A stretch of DNA of 64,000 nt, taken from NCBI GenBank assembly GCA_951406725.2, contig OX597834.1, positions 23,994,001 through 24,058,000 on the forward strand, read 5' to 3'. The notes below the pieces were generated by a model. The model was given only the letters and a program-made list of their open reading frames with translations. It made no database searches and was not told the origin of the DNA. The DNA is from Octopus vulgaris (Eukaryota). A program made the translations under genes and the position numbers. Positions within the stretch are counted from its first letter, which is position 1, and every line of letters begins with the position of its first letter. Of the stretch, positions 36,075 through 47,651 are shown piece by piece.

Positions 36075-36220
36075 ACAGTTAATCCCTACACATTTCTTTC
36101 TCTCTGTTTTTTTTCCTCTTAATCCTTTATGTTGAAGAGAGTAGGCTTGAAATGTCAAAGACTTTTCCATTCTTCCCAAGTGTTTAGTACCAAATCTTCC
36201 CTCTCTATCAATACACCAGA
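36075..36220 (+). mobile_element. Old family E copy
   Basis: CTTT-ATGTTGA-A-GAGA-GTAG-GCTT-GAAAT-GTC-AAAG; decayed motif. Confidence 0.55.
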
Positions 36221-36307
36221 AACACTTCAACCAACCCAATTCTGATAGAATAAGCAAAACATGCTCATTAAAAAATATAAACTGCAACTAAATATCCTTT
36301 AATAACT

Positions 36308-36695
36308 TATTTCTTTATTGCCCACAAGAGGCTAAACATAGAGGGGACAAACAAGGACAGACAAAGGGATTAAGTCGATTACATCGACCCCATTGCATAA
36401 CTGGTACTTAATTTATCGACGCCGAAAGGATGAAAGGCAAAGTCGACCTCGGCGGAATTTGAACCCAGAATGTAACGGCAGATGAAATACCAATTTCTTT
36501 ACTACCCACAAGGGGCTAAACACAGAGGACAAACAAGGTCAGACAAACGGATTAAGTCGATTATATCGACCCCAGTGCGTAACTGGTACTTATTGAATTG
36601 ACCCCGAAAGGATGAAAGCAAAGTCGACCTCAGCGGAATTTGAACCCAGAACGTAATGGCAGACAAAATAGCGCTAAGCATTTCGCCCAGCATGC
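36308..36695 (-). mobile_element. SINE family A dimer
   Basis: Junction GAAATACC|AATTTC at ~36491. Confidence 0.9.
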
Positions 36696-36984
36696 CATTA
36701 GGCAAAAACTAATGACAGAGTCCCTATAGGGAAGTCAACCAAGCAGAATGCCAAACTTGACCAAAACAAAAATGGGTTCTTTATCAAAATAAAGTGACAT
36801 CATGAACCTACCATCAGTCAAAATCTGTTCCTATGTACAGGGAACCAACCAACCAAAAACACTAATGCCAAAACAAAATCTATTTTTTGACCAAAAACAT
36901 CACCAGAAAGAATAAGACATCATCAAAATTATAACGAATCAAAAATTAGATCCTTTTGCGTAAAAAGATATATAAACATATATA

Positions 36985-37390
36985 TAGGTGCAGGAGTGGC
37001 TGTGTGGTAAGTAGCTTGTTTACCAACCACATGGTTCCGGGTTCAGTCCCACTGCGTGGCTCCTTGGGCAAGTGTCTTCTACTATAGCCTCGGGCCGACC
37101 AAAGCCTTGTGAGTGGATTTTGTAGACGGAAACTGAAAGAAGCCCATCGTATATATGTATATATGCATGTGTATGTGTTTGTGTGTCTGTGTTTGTCCCC
37201 CTAGCATTGCTTGACAACCGATGCTGGTGTGTTTATGTCCCCGTCACTTAGCGGTTTGGTAAAGGAGACCGATAGAATAAGTACTGAGCTTACAAAAGAA
37301 TAAGTCCCGGAGTTGAGTTGCTCAACTAAAGGCGGTGCTCCAGCATGGCCACAGTCAAATGACTGAAACAAGTAAAAGAGTAAAAGAGAG
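36985..37390 (+). mobile_element. SINE family B, full length
   Basis: A-box TGGCTGTGTGG, B-box GGTTCAGTCCC, CORE-like CCTTGGGCAAGTGTCTT, tail GTAAAAGAG repeats. Confidence 0.9.
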
Positions 37391-37910
37391 TATACACAAG
37401 ATATTCGCTGATTCCCAAAAAACGATATTAAAAACAAAAAGCCCAGTATGCAACGGAAAAGAAAACTACATGCAGGACAACAGAAACTGTAAAAAAAAAA
37501 ACATTTCTTTCTCTCTTCACCTTTTCTTTTTTCTCTCATATTCTATAAAAACTCAATATGACCCAACTTTTAGTAATGTACATTTATTATATTCATCGCC
37601 AAACATTTACTCAGATTTTATCTATCCCTGTCGTTAAAGTTTATGTGAACATTTGTTAATTTAAACATTTTTGTTCAATTTCTACTTCATATTTTTAAAT
37701 TCTGTTAAAATCCCATTGTTTTATATACATTTTTACCATTGATAAACAAAAACTTGTTGAAACTACTTTGGTATGTACATGAATCAATCTATTTCAAAAC
37801 AACTACATTTTTTTCAAATTCAGGTGCATTTTCAAAAACAAATTCTCCTATATTTTTTCCTGCATGGGAATACACCTCTTCTTTCTATATGTATGCATAT
37901 AACGATGGTG

Positions 37911-37957
<47 letters not shown>

Positions 37958-38061
37958 TATGTATATATATACCTACGCATACACACACACACACACACAA
38001 ATATATCTACATACATATATATACATATGCATATAATTATATACATACATATATATCATGA

Positions 38062-38472
38062 TTATCATCATCATTTAATGTCCGTTGTCCAAGCTAGCAT
38101 GGGTTGGACGGTTTGACCAATGCTGGCAAGCTGAGGAGTGGCACTGTCTGATTTGGGATGGTTTCTATGGCTGGATACCCTTCCTAATGCCAACCACTCT
38201 GAGGGTGCAATGGGTGCTTTTATGTGCCAGTTGCATGACACCAGTATCGGCCCCGAATATGTTTTCTCTTGGCTTGATGGGTCTTCCACTCAAGCATGGC
38301 AGATGGCCTAAGGTCTCAGTCATTTGTCATTGCCTCCATGAGGCCTAACACTTGACAGGTGCTTTTTACATGCCACCGGCACAGGTAATAGTTTTGCAAC
38401 ACCAGCATCAGTCACATTTCCTCTATGGCCCAATGTTCGAAAGGTGGTTTTTACTTGCCACCAGCATGGGTG
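38062..38472 (-). mobile_element. Older SINE family C with extended 5' units
   Basis: C tail plus three GGTG(C/G)TTTT..TGCCA motifs at ~38213, 38358, 38443. Confidence 0.75.
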
Positions 38473-39173
38473 CAAGAAATTGTCAAACCAAGGCATACCA
38501 GTACAAGAAAAAGAAAACATATGGAATTGTTGGAGGTAGTTCCAAAACGAAAAAATATCAAGCTTCCGAGGGAAGTAAATCTCAAAAAGGGAGATGTGGT
38601 GTGGGGGAAAAAAAAAAAAAGGAAAACTTTATTCACTTCCAACAGAAGTCAATCTCAAAAGAGATGTGGTGATAGACATTAACACCCCTGTATCATTAAA
38701 AGATGGACTCATCAAACTCTTATAAAGAGTAACATTGTTGAGATGACAATGGGCATTTGGAGTCACACATAGCAGTAGTCAAAGTACATCATGTGAATAC
38801 ATTGCTTTACCTCCACTTCATTAAATCCAAACTTGCAAGGATATAAAGATGAATGTCACATCCAAGATGTCCTACCTTTTGTTTCTTATGATGGTATTTG
38901 GTTGCTAATGTTAATAGGTCATATGACTACACAGAAGACAATTAGTGGGGAAGGAGAGCTTTCTCCTTGGCATTCTTGTCATTTTAATTACATTGTTGCT
39001 GTTGATCTTGACCTATTAAGTGTTCTCCTGTGCCATCTCATTAAACCAAACTCTGTGTTCCAGAATCTTTGCTGCTTGCTTCTCATCTAAGCCAGAAATC
39101 TTAAGATTATACTGTCACTCAAGTGTGGCCACCCACACTTGACTGAGTGACAGACACAGATGGTGGATATACC

Positions 39174-39401
39174 TATTTCTTTATTACCCACAAGGGGCTA
39201 AACATAGAGGGGACAAACAAGGACAGACATAGGTATTAAGTCGATTACATCGACCTCAGTGCATAACTGGTATTTAATTTATCGACCCCGAAAGGATGAA
39301 AGGCAAAGTCTTCAGCGGAATTTAAACTCAGAACGTAACGGCAGACGAAATACCGCTAGGCATTTCGTCCAGCGTGCTAACGATTCTGCCAGCTCGCCGC
39401 C
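39174..39401 (-). mobile_element. SINE family A flanked by a 73-bp direct duplication
   Basis: 39101-39173 repeated at 39404-39476. Confidence 0.9.
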
Positions 39402-40049
39402 TTTTAAGATTATACTGTCACTCAAGTGTGGGTGGCCACACTTGACTGAATGACAGACACAGGTGGTGGATATACCACCACCACCATGTCCAAGGTGATC
39501 CTTCTAACACATCCATTTTTACTACCTTATCTCACCCATCCTCACCCACAAAGACTTGCATGAAAAGGAAGAACTGTTCTAAACAGCAACAACTGTTTCA
39601 CAGACCATTCTTTACATTAAAACGACACTTCTCCTTTACGTGTTAACATTTCCTTTTAAAAAAAAACTAAAATGTCCATATTCTGTAGAACTCACAGCCA
39701 TTCTTAAACTAACATGGAATTGGTTTCAGAGAAATCGTTAGAAAGAGAACAGAACAGGAAAGGAAAAAAAAAAACCCAAAAAAACCCAGAGATCTACAAG
39801 GAATATTATCATGTGATATGTAAGCTGTAGAATTATTTCCTTTTTTCTTTCCTTCCACTCTTCCTTGCTTTCCAGTTTTTGGAATCTAATTTACAAATCT
39901 CGATGAAGTGAAAAATGTCCCATGCTAGTTGCTATTTTCTCTCTTATTATCATCCTCACTTTTATGCAGTCTCACTTGGGACAACTTATTTCCAGGTTTG
40001 GTTAGTTTTCTATTTTGGTGCTTGTTTCGCTTCCTTGGCTTTTTTTCAT

Positions 40050-40186
40050 TGTTTTGCTTGTTTTGCTTCCTTTGTTTTTTTTTCATTGTTTTGCTTGTTT
40101 TCTTTCTTTCTTTTCTTCTTTCTTTTTCTTCTTTCTTTCCTTCCCTCCTTCCTTCTTTCTTCCTTCCTTCTTTCTTTCTGCCTTCC

Positions 40187-40217
<31 letters not shown>

Positions 40218-40250
40218 TTTCTTTCTTCTCTCTATTCATTCATTCATTCA
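40050..40250. repeat. Polypyrimidine (TTTC/TTCC)n tract
   Basis: Direct reading. Confidence 0.9.
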
Positions 40251-40593
40251 GTCATTTAATAATAATTTATCTGCCACAAGTGCAAGGAATAAAGAGGGTG
40301 ACAGTACAAGGAGAAATTACAAAAATGGTGATGGTGGTGAATTCAAAATAGATGAAAAATTTAAAAAAACATAGCAATGGAAAGTGACAGTGTACAAAAA
40401 AAAAAAAAAGAAAAAGGAAATAAATGTTTCAATGGGGTGGGGAACAGTTAACTAGGACTATAAAAACAATAATAACAATAACAATGATGATGGACTCTCC
40501 CATCGAAGACAACATATGAGTGTTTAGTTTTTGCTGAATGACCTGCACAAATGATTTGTTTATAGTGATCAAATGTATGTGTTCATTCCCTAC

Positions 40594-40820
40594 CTATTTC
40601 TTTACTACCCACAAGGGGCTAAACACAGAGGGGACAAACAAGGACAAACGGATTAAGTCGATTATATCGGCCCCAGTGCGTAACTGGTACTTATTTAATC
40701 GACCCCGAAAGGATGAAAGGCAAAGTCGACCTTGGCGGAATTTGAACTCAGAACGTAACGGCTGACGAAATACTGCTAAGCATTTCGCTCAGCGTGCTTA
40801 TGATTCTGCCAGCTCGCCGC
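40594..40820 (-). mobile_element. SINE family A, 15-bp TSD, inside an old CORE-like SINE (~40460-41005, minus)
   Basis: TGTTCATTCCCTACC on both sides; host shows GGTTCAATTCC and TGTTCTTGAGCA on the minus strand. Confidence 0.85.
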
Positions 40821-41412
40821 TGTTCATTCCCTACCATCAAACTGACATTGCTGTACAAGTGCACAAGTGTGCCATAGATCAGATGTCAAAATGATCATAG
40901 AGCAACGTGAAATGTAGTGTTCTGCTCAAGAACACAACACACTGCTAGATCTGGGAATTGAACCCATCATCTGGCAATCATGAATGCAACACCCAAACCA
41001 CACACCTACATAGCAAATAATAATAATGGTTCGAAATTTTGGTACGAGGCCAGCAGGAGGGGTAAGTCAATTATATCCACCCTAGTGTTCAACTGGTACT
41101 TATTTCATCTATCCTGAAAGGATGAAAGGCAAAAACACATAATAATAATAATCCTTTCTACTAAAGGCACAAGGCCAAAAATTTCATGAGAGGGGGCTAG
41201 TTGATTACATCAACTCCAGTGTTTCACTGGTACTTAATTTATCAATCCTGAAAGGATAAAAAGCAAAGTCGACCTTGGCAGAATTTGAATTAAGAATGGA
41301 AAGACAGACAAAATGCCACTAAGCATTTTGCTCATTGTGCTAACAATTCTGCCAACAATTCTTTTTTCAGGCATGACACATTTTGTCATCTTAAAGATAT
41401 CAGTGTTTGAAA

Positions 41413-42062
41413 CTGTAGCATATCCCAGGTACGTGTATCATATCCCATATATGTAGCATATCCCAGATATGAGTAGCATATCCCAGATATGTGTAGCATA
41501 TCCCAGATATGTGTAGCATTTCCCGGATATGTGTAGCATATCCCAGATATGTGTAGCATTTCCCGGATATGTGTAGCATATCCCGGATATGTGTAGCATA
41601 TGGCGGTGCCCCAGCATGGCCACAGCTCGTGAGCTGAAACTAGATAAAATAAATAAAATAAAAAATAAAAAATATCCCGGATATGTGTAGCATATCCCAG
41701 ATATGTGTAGCATATCCCAGATATGTGTGGCATATCCCAGATATGTGTAGCTAATCCAAGATATGTGTAGCATATCCCGGATATGTGTAGCATATCCCGG
41801 ATATGTGTAGCATATCCCGGATATGTGTAGCATATCCCGGATATGTGTAGCATATCCCGGATATGTGTAGCATATCCCGGATATGTATAGCATATCCCGG
41901 ATATGTGTAGCATATCCCGGATATGTGTAGCATATCCCGGATATGTGTAGCATATCCCGGATATGTGTAGCATATCCCGGATATGTGTAGCATATCCCGG
42001 ATATGTGTAGCATATCCTGGATATGTGTAGCATATCCCAGATATGTGTGGCATATCCCAGAT
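41413..42062. repeat. 20-bp minisatellite (ATATGTGTAGCATATCCCGG)n, about 29 units, interrupted by a SINE tail at 41602-41671
   Basis: Direct reading of tandem units. Confidence 0.95.
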
Positions 42063-42681
42063 TGGTGTAAATGTGTTGCTCATTTATCATTTAATGTAAA
42101 TGTAGTGCTCCCTATGTATTAATGTAAAGTCACATATGGGGTTCAAAAGGGCCAACAACAGTTTTAAAATGTTGTTACTGCTTGATCTCATGTCAAACTG
42201 ATAAAGCAGACCTATTATCAAAAACATTCCCCTTTCCATCCATTACTACACTGTCTTTTTAAGGGTATCTGCATACAACTACATTATCTATCAGTATTCC
42301 ACTCTCTAATTTTAAGATTTTCCATAATTTTCGCAATGTAGTTTTGGCAATGTCATATCTGCAGGTTTTCAATGAAAAATTATCAGAAATTGTGAAGATT
42401 TGCTTTTATAACAGACTTTCAGGCTTTTCTTACACAACAGTGAGATGAAATTGAGAGTAAATTGAAGTGGTTGTCTGTTGGTATTTCCACAGGATTCTCA
42501 ATGTTGTACCCACTTCAAACAATGGTGTTGACATCCTCCAGGTCGCAGCTGATGCTATCTCTTTAGAAATATTTGCAGGGAAGTTGAAACATATGTGACA
42601 GACATGATTCAATAGTTGAATTAAACAGTAATGGGGCTTGGTTCAACTGTGGATTGACTTGTTATGGGAGACAGCTGTTAA

Positions 42682-42902
42682 CCCTTTAGTGTTTGCATTA
42701 TTCTTCCAAAATTAATGCTTTTTCATCCACATTGCTTTGAACTAATCATGCATTATCTTGTAGCTATGAGATTTTGATGAGGTAGCTATTAATTTTTAAA
42801 ACGATATTGTAGGGTTGGTGTGAGAGACCAGATCTGGCCAGTTTGAACATAAAACAGGCAGAATACTTTTGGCCGGATATGGCCGGTTTAAATGCTAAAC
42901 GG
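42682..42902 (+). mobile_element. piggyBac-type MITE (221 bp)
   Basis: TTAA|CCCTTTAG..CTAAACGG|TTAA; very similar to 13243-13463. Confidence 0.85.
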
Positions 42903-43189
42903 TTAAATGAACAGTGATGGAGCATGGTTGAACTGTTTAACTGTGAACTGAATAGTGATGGGAAATCTCCAACTACAGACTGTACCTTACTGAAAGTTCC
43001 AGTAATTATAATCGAGTGGCAGTGTGACCCAAGTTCTCTGATTGAGTAGAGCTATGACTTGTATAACCCTACATCTTGCCTCAAAGGAGTATATTTAAGA
43101 GTTTAACCATACAAGTAAATAAAAGAAAGATAGCAACACAACAAGAAAGTGATGAAAGTAATGTGGTGTGCAAGTTTGAATACTACAGT

Positions 43190-43710
43190 TCTATATTTAA
43201 GACGATGAGGAATTATGTACATTATTTACATTTGACAAATATTTGTTCTTATCTTCTATTATTTAGGTCACTGCCTGAATTGGAAACACGTGTGGTTTGT
43301 TCAACATCCTCAAACAATCCTTATTCAGAGACCTTTTGAGCGGGATGGGCTACTCGACCAAAAGAAAATTCTAACTGGGCCCCACCTGCAAGGTCATGCG
43401 CTGTTTATCTTAATATGAGATCACCATGTTGCGCACATATGGTTGTGATGCATGTGCCTGGTGTACCCTTATCAGACAGGTAGTCATGATGATTATATTG
43501 GGCGTCATATATTTTACCCCAGTGTCACTTTGATGGCATGCACTGCTCTCTCACTGAATAATAATAATAACATTGAAAAATACCTTAGGAATGAGAACCC
43601 AGGTTTGAAATTTCCCCAAGACACCTGATGAAGGCTAGAGGGTATATCAACTGAAACATTGTGTTAATAACAAACAAGATGAGAACAAATATCCATCAAA
43701 TGTAAATAAT
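43190..43710 (+). mobile_element. Penelope-like composite: inverted terminal segment, LINE-like 3' end with (TAA)n, and hammerhead motif (43620-43665)
   Basis: ACAC-CTGATGA-A-GGCT..CAACT-GAAAC-ATT-GTGT; 43220-43257 is the reverse complement of ~43675-43710. Confidence 0.6.
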
Positions 43711-44453
43711 ATAAAGTTTGAATACATTTGTTTGCTAAGGAGAGATGTGAATTTTAATGTTTCAACAGGGTTCTTCTCCAACATCAAAAAAAGGACATCA
43801 CCTTTTTTGAGGGGATGATTGACTCTTTCAAAGATTTTATTCTGCATCAGTAAAATGTGTTAATAAAATTTGTAAAATAAAACCAGTATGCATGTTGTGC
43901 ATGAGGAAGAACAAGTTCAGAGGTTCAAACTAAGCAACTTCTTCAAAAATACAAGAAGTGTGTTATTTGAAGAGATTAAATAAAGTTGGCTTATCTGTTA
44001 TATTCTTTACTGGTTTCAATGATTGGGCTGTGGCCATGCTGGAATACTGTCAACTAGGGCAGAGCTGATTACATTGACTTCACTGTCCTGACTCTAGTAC
44101 TCAGTTTATTAACTGGTACTTTGTAGAGTTCAGAACAATTCAAAAGTAAAGTAACCCAAGTGGATTTTGAACTCGGAATGAGATGTTTTCTGATAGACTA
44201 ACAATTCTGTCAGATGCACATACCCCCCACACACACACACACACATGTAATATGTGTATATATATATATATTTATTATTTGAGGGAATAAAATCCAAACT
44301 TTTCTACCTATTATATACATTTTTATTATTTTTGTAATTTACTTAATCTTTACTTTTTATTGTTATTTTAACTTTAACTTTTCTATTATATGTAATTTTC
44401 TAGATGGTGTAATTTAATTATTCATTTTGAATTGATAAAAGGTGTATTTTTTC

Positions 44454-44503
<50 letters not shown>

Positions 44504-45316
44504 TTAATAAATACAACAACTATACATAAGCTACTTCAAGTTTCATGTTCAGCTATCAGCTATTAGACAGTCTTGTATTGCATTTTGTGCACACTCCAGC
44601 AGCCATCAGGGTCAATTAACATGACTACCCCATGAGAAAGTGTTTCCTTACAGAATAGCCATGTCATTTGAGCTCAAACAATTGCTGCATCACTGCTCGT
44701 ATGATCAACATCTAATCATGCAACTTGAAGTAGATACTGTACTCATTAAATGATACTAACTTCTCACTGAATTGAGCACATTTTTGTTGATTCTTCCAAG
44801 GGAACAGTACAGCGTGTGTGCACGCATTTGCATGTACACACACATGCACATATATATAAGTAACAATTATATTTTTGTGCCAGACTAACTAGGGCTGGTA
44901 GAAATATTAAAACAATCCCCCAAACTATTTTACTTGTAACAGATATTTACAGTATATAATATGTAGTGTATACAATAATTACTTAATGCTGATAAGATTA
45001 TATTCAGAAATTATACCAAGAGTAACAAAGACAAGTGTGTGCATGTGTGCGTCTAGTTTATGATGTACATTTCTTTAAAAACAAACAAAAAATTTAATTA
45101 TCTTTCTTGGAATTGGGCTAAACAGAGAAAAAAAAAGTTGTCTTTGTTTTACATTTCTGGCTTTGTGGCTGGAGAAACACAGTTATCTGCTAGCAGACTC
45201 GAAAACTAAGGCAAGATATTCAGCAAAACAAAGAGCTGAGATGTCATGTCTTTATAGGCCATGGAACAAAGTATATCTGACAACTAAGAGTGGAAATAAA
45301 AATCTTCAAAGACAAT

Positions 45317-45351
<35 letters not shown>

Positions 45352-45763
45352 TAGCATTCATCCTTGGCACACACCAAAAACTCCAATGAAAACAAATAAA
45401 AACAGACATTAAAAACATAATCACAAAAGTATATCCAGTACTTCAGATTCTAAAGGAATTTACTGTTCAAAATTTACATTTAATATTTGTTTATTATACA
45501 GAGTTTTAGCTATGAAACAGATTTGCTCACACACACACACACACCCAACCACCCAAAAACCAACCAAGCCAACCCCCTCCACCACCACCACCGACACCAC
45601 CACCATCATCATCATCATCATCATCTGTTGTTCTTCCATCACCCACAGCTGAGTGAAAACCTCCATTTTTCTCTAAACATACTTGAATGACTGACCAGCC
45701 AGCACCAATAGCTACAAAAGCTATCAGTTGCTGAACCAAAGGGAAGAGTCTCTATATTATATA

Positions 45764-47027
45764 CGAGGGGCGTTCAATAAGTAATGTCCCTGGCCCACTT
45801 CCCATAGCAGTAGAGCAACGAAACTTGGCACAGTTATTAGTCTTTTTCTACATAAGAACCACCCAGAGTTACGCATTTCTCCCAACGTTTGATGCAGCTC
45901 TGAAGACCATTTTTGTAGAAGACCCCATCTTGGTCCTCCAACTACGACGTGACTTCAGAAATCAAGGCTGCATCATCTGGGAAACGCTTTCCTTTCAAAA
46001 ACAACTTCATGGCAGGGAAGAGGTGAAAATCAGAGGGTGCAAGGTCAGGAGAGTAGGGGGAATGCTTCTGATCTGGCGACACACGAGTTGTGGATCGGAG
46101 CGTTGTCCAGCAGGAGGAGGATGCCTTTGCTGATCTTGCCCCGCCTCTTGATTTTGATAGCTTCTCTTAATTTCCTCAAAAGTGAAGCATAATAGACTCC
46201 TGTAATTGTGACACCCTTTGCCAGGAAATCTGTCATCACTACTCCGTCCTGGTCCCAGAAGACTGTGAGCCTGACCTTGTCAGCGGAGGGCTGCACCCTT
46301 GCCTTCTTTGGAGGCGGTGAGTCACGGTGCTTCCACTGCATTGACTGGGCTTTGGACTCTGGATCATAATGATGGACCCAGGTTTCATCCTGTGTAATCA
46401 GTCTTTTGAAAAATTTTGACTCATCTTCTTGGCACATCTCCAAATTCATCCTCGAGCAATCAACGCGTTCTTGCTTCTGGAAAGGTGTGAGCAACCTGGG
46501 AATCCATCTGGCAGACACCTTTTTCATATGCAAATGGTCATGAATGATAGTTTCCACAGACCCGGTACTAATCTTGACCTCATGGGCTATTTGGCGAATA
46601 GTTATGCGTCGATCTTCCAAAATGGCAGCCTCAACTTGACGGACAGATGCCTTATCAATGGCCGAAGGGGGGCGACCAGATCTGGGAGCTGTTTTCACAG
46701 AGTTCCGACCATGTTTGAATTCACGATGCCAGCGTTTTACAAGGTCATACGATGGGGCATCATCACCATAAGTTACTTTCATTTCATCAAAAGTCTTCTG
46801 TGGTGTGCGTCCTTTCAAATACAAAAACCGAATCACTGTTCAACACTCAACAGGCTCCATTTCACACTTGACTCAGTTCAAACACTCGTAAATCAGAAAC
46901 CACAATTAGTTCAGAGCTGTAATTTGCCACTTAATCTATAGAGATATAAATTTTTGCACATGCAAAATTTCAGCTAGATCAAACAACTGAAAGTGGGTCA
47001 GGGGCATTACTTATTGAACGCCCCTCG
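45764..47027 (-). mobile_element. Full-length mariner transposon (DD34D, irritans-like), 1264 bp
   Basis: 37-bp TIRs CGAGGGGCGTTCAATAAGTAATG.CCCTG.CCCACTT with 2 mismatches; TA TSD on both sides. Confidence 0.95.
45838..46860 (-). pseudogene. Mariner transposase pseudogene
   Basis: WIPRLL, ITQDETWVHHYDPE, LLLDNAPIH, PYSPDLAPSDFHLF motifs. TGA at codon 7, frameshifting deletion near 46060, TAG near 45943. Confidence 0.92.
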
Positions 47028-47295
47028 TACATCCTTTGTTGATAGATATTCACAAGGAGTTTATGCAAATATACAAAGGTTATATATAAGTATATATTAG
47101 AGAGATACACATGCACTCACATACAAGTGTTCTTGTGCTGTCAAAAATGAAAGCAGTATTAATTAGTACAAAAGACAATATCAAGGGCTTAAACGACAGG
47201 TGGCATAATGGTGAATTCTCCATGTGATGTATTTGAGCTTAATTTAGGCTTGGATTATTAAAGCTTACATAATTATTCTTGTCATGTTTGTGGAA

Positions 47296-47651
47296 TCTCT
47301 CTATATATGAACGGCAAAATGTCTGTGTGTGTGTCCTTTATACAAATCCACAATTTTTCAGTTAGAGGGCTCCCACTTTCTATGGTTATTCAAAACCGTC
47401 CAAGGGTGGTCGTGCACATCTTTACATTTCTCCAGTCACCCCGCAAAGCCATTAAAAAATCAATACAAGTGACTTGTGAATTTTCTATCCAAAACCCAAT
47501 CAAAATGCCCGAAACTTGATACACCAATTGAATGCTAGCTAGCTGTATGTGATTGGTCGGAGTTTTGGACAGTACTCGCATGTATGTGTGCATACATGCA
47601 GCTGTATATGCACTAGCACTATGACCCGGCGTTGCTGGGTCATAGAGCTAG
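47296..47651 (+). mobile_element. Non-autonomous Helitron
   Basis: A|TCTCTCTATATAT start; ATGACCCGGC-GTT-GCTGGGTCAT hairpin then CTAG|T. Confidence 0.8.

Noticed and set aside
38700-39090. Reverse transcriptase remnant (QGES.SPL-like on minus)
   Set aside because: Only one weak motif amid stops; cannot assign by eye.
41386-42090. 234-aa and 191-aa repetitive ORFs; CRISPR-like periodicity
   Set aside because: Translation of a 20-bp minisatellite; no unique spacers, no cas genes, eukaryotic context.
46429-46941. 170-aa plus-strand ORF
   Set aside because: Antisense shadow of the mariner transposase.
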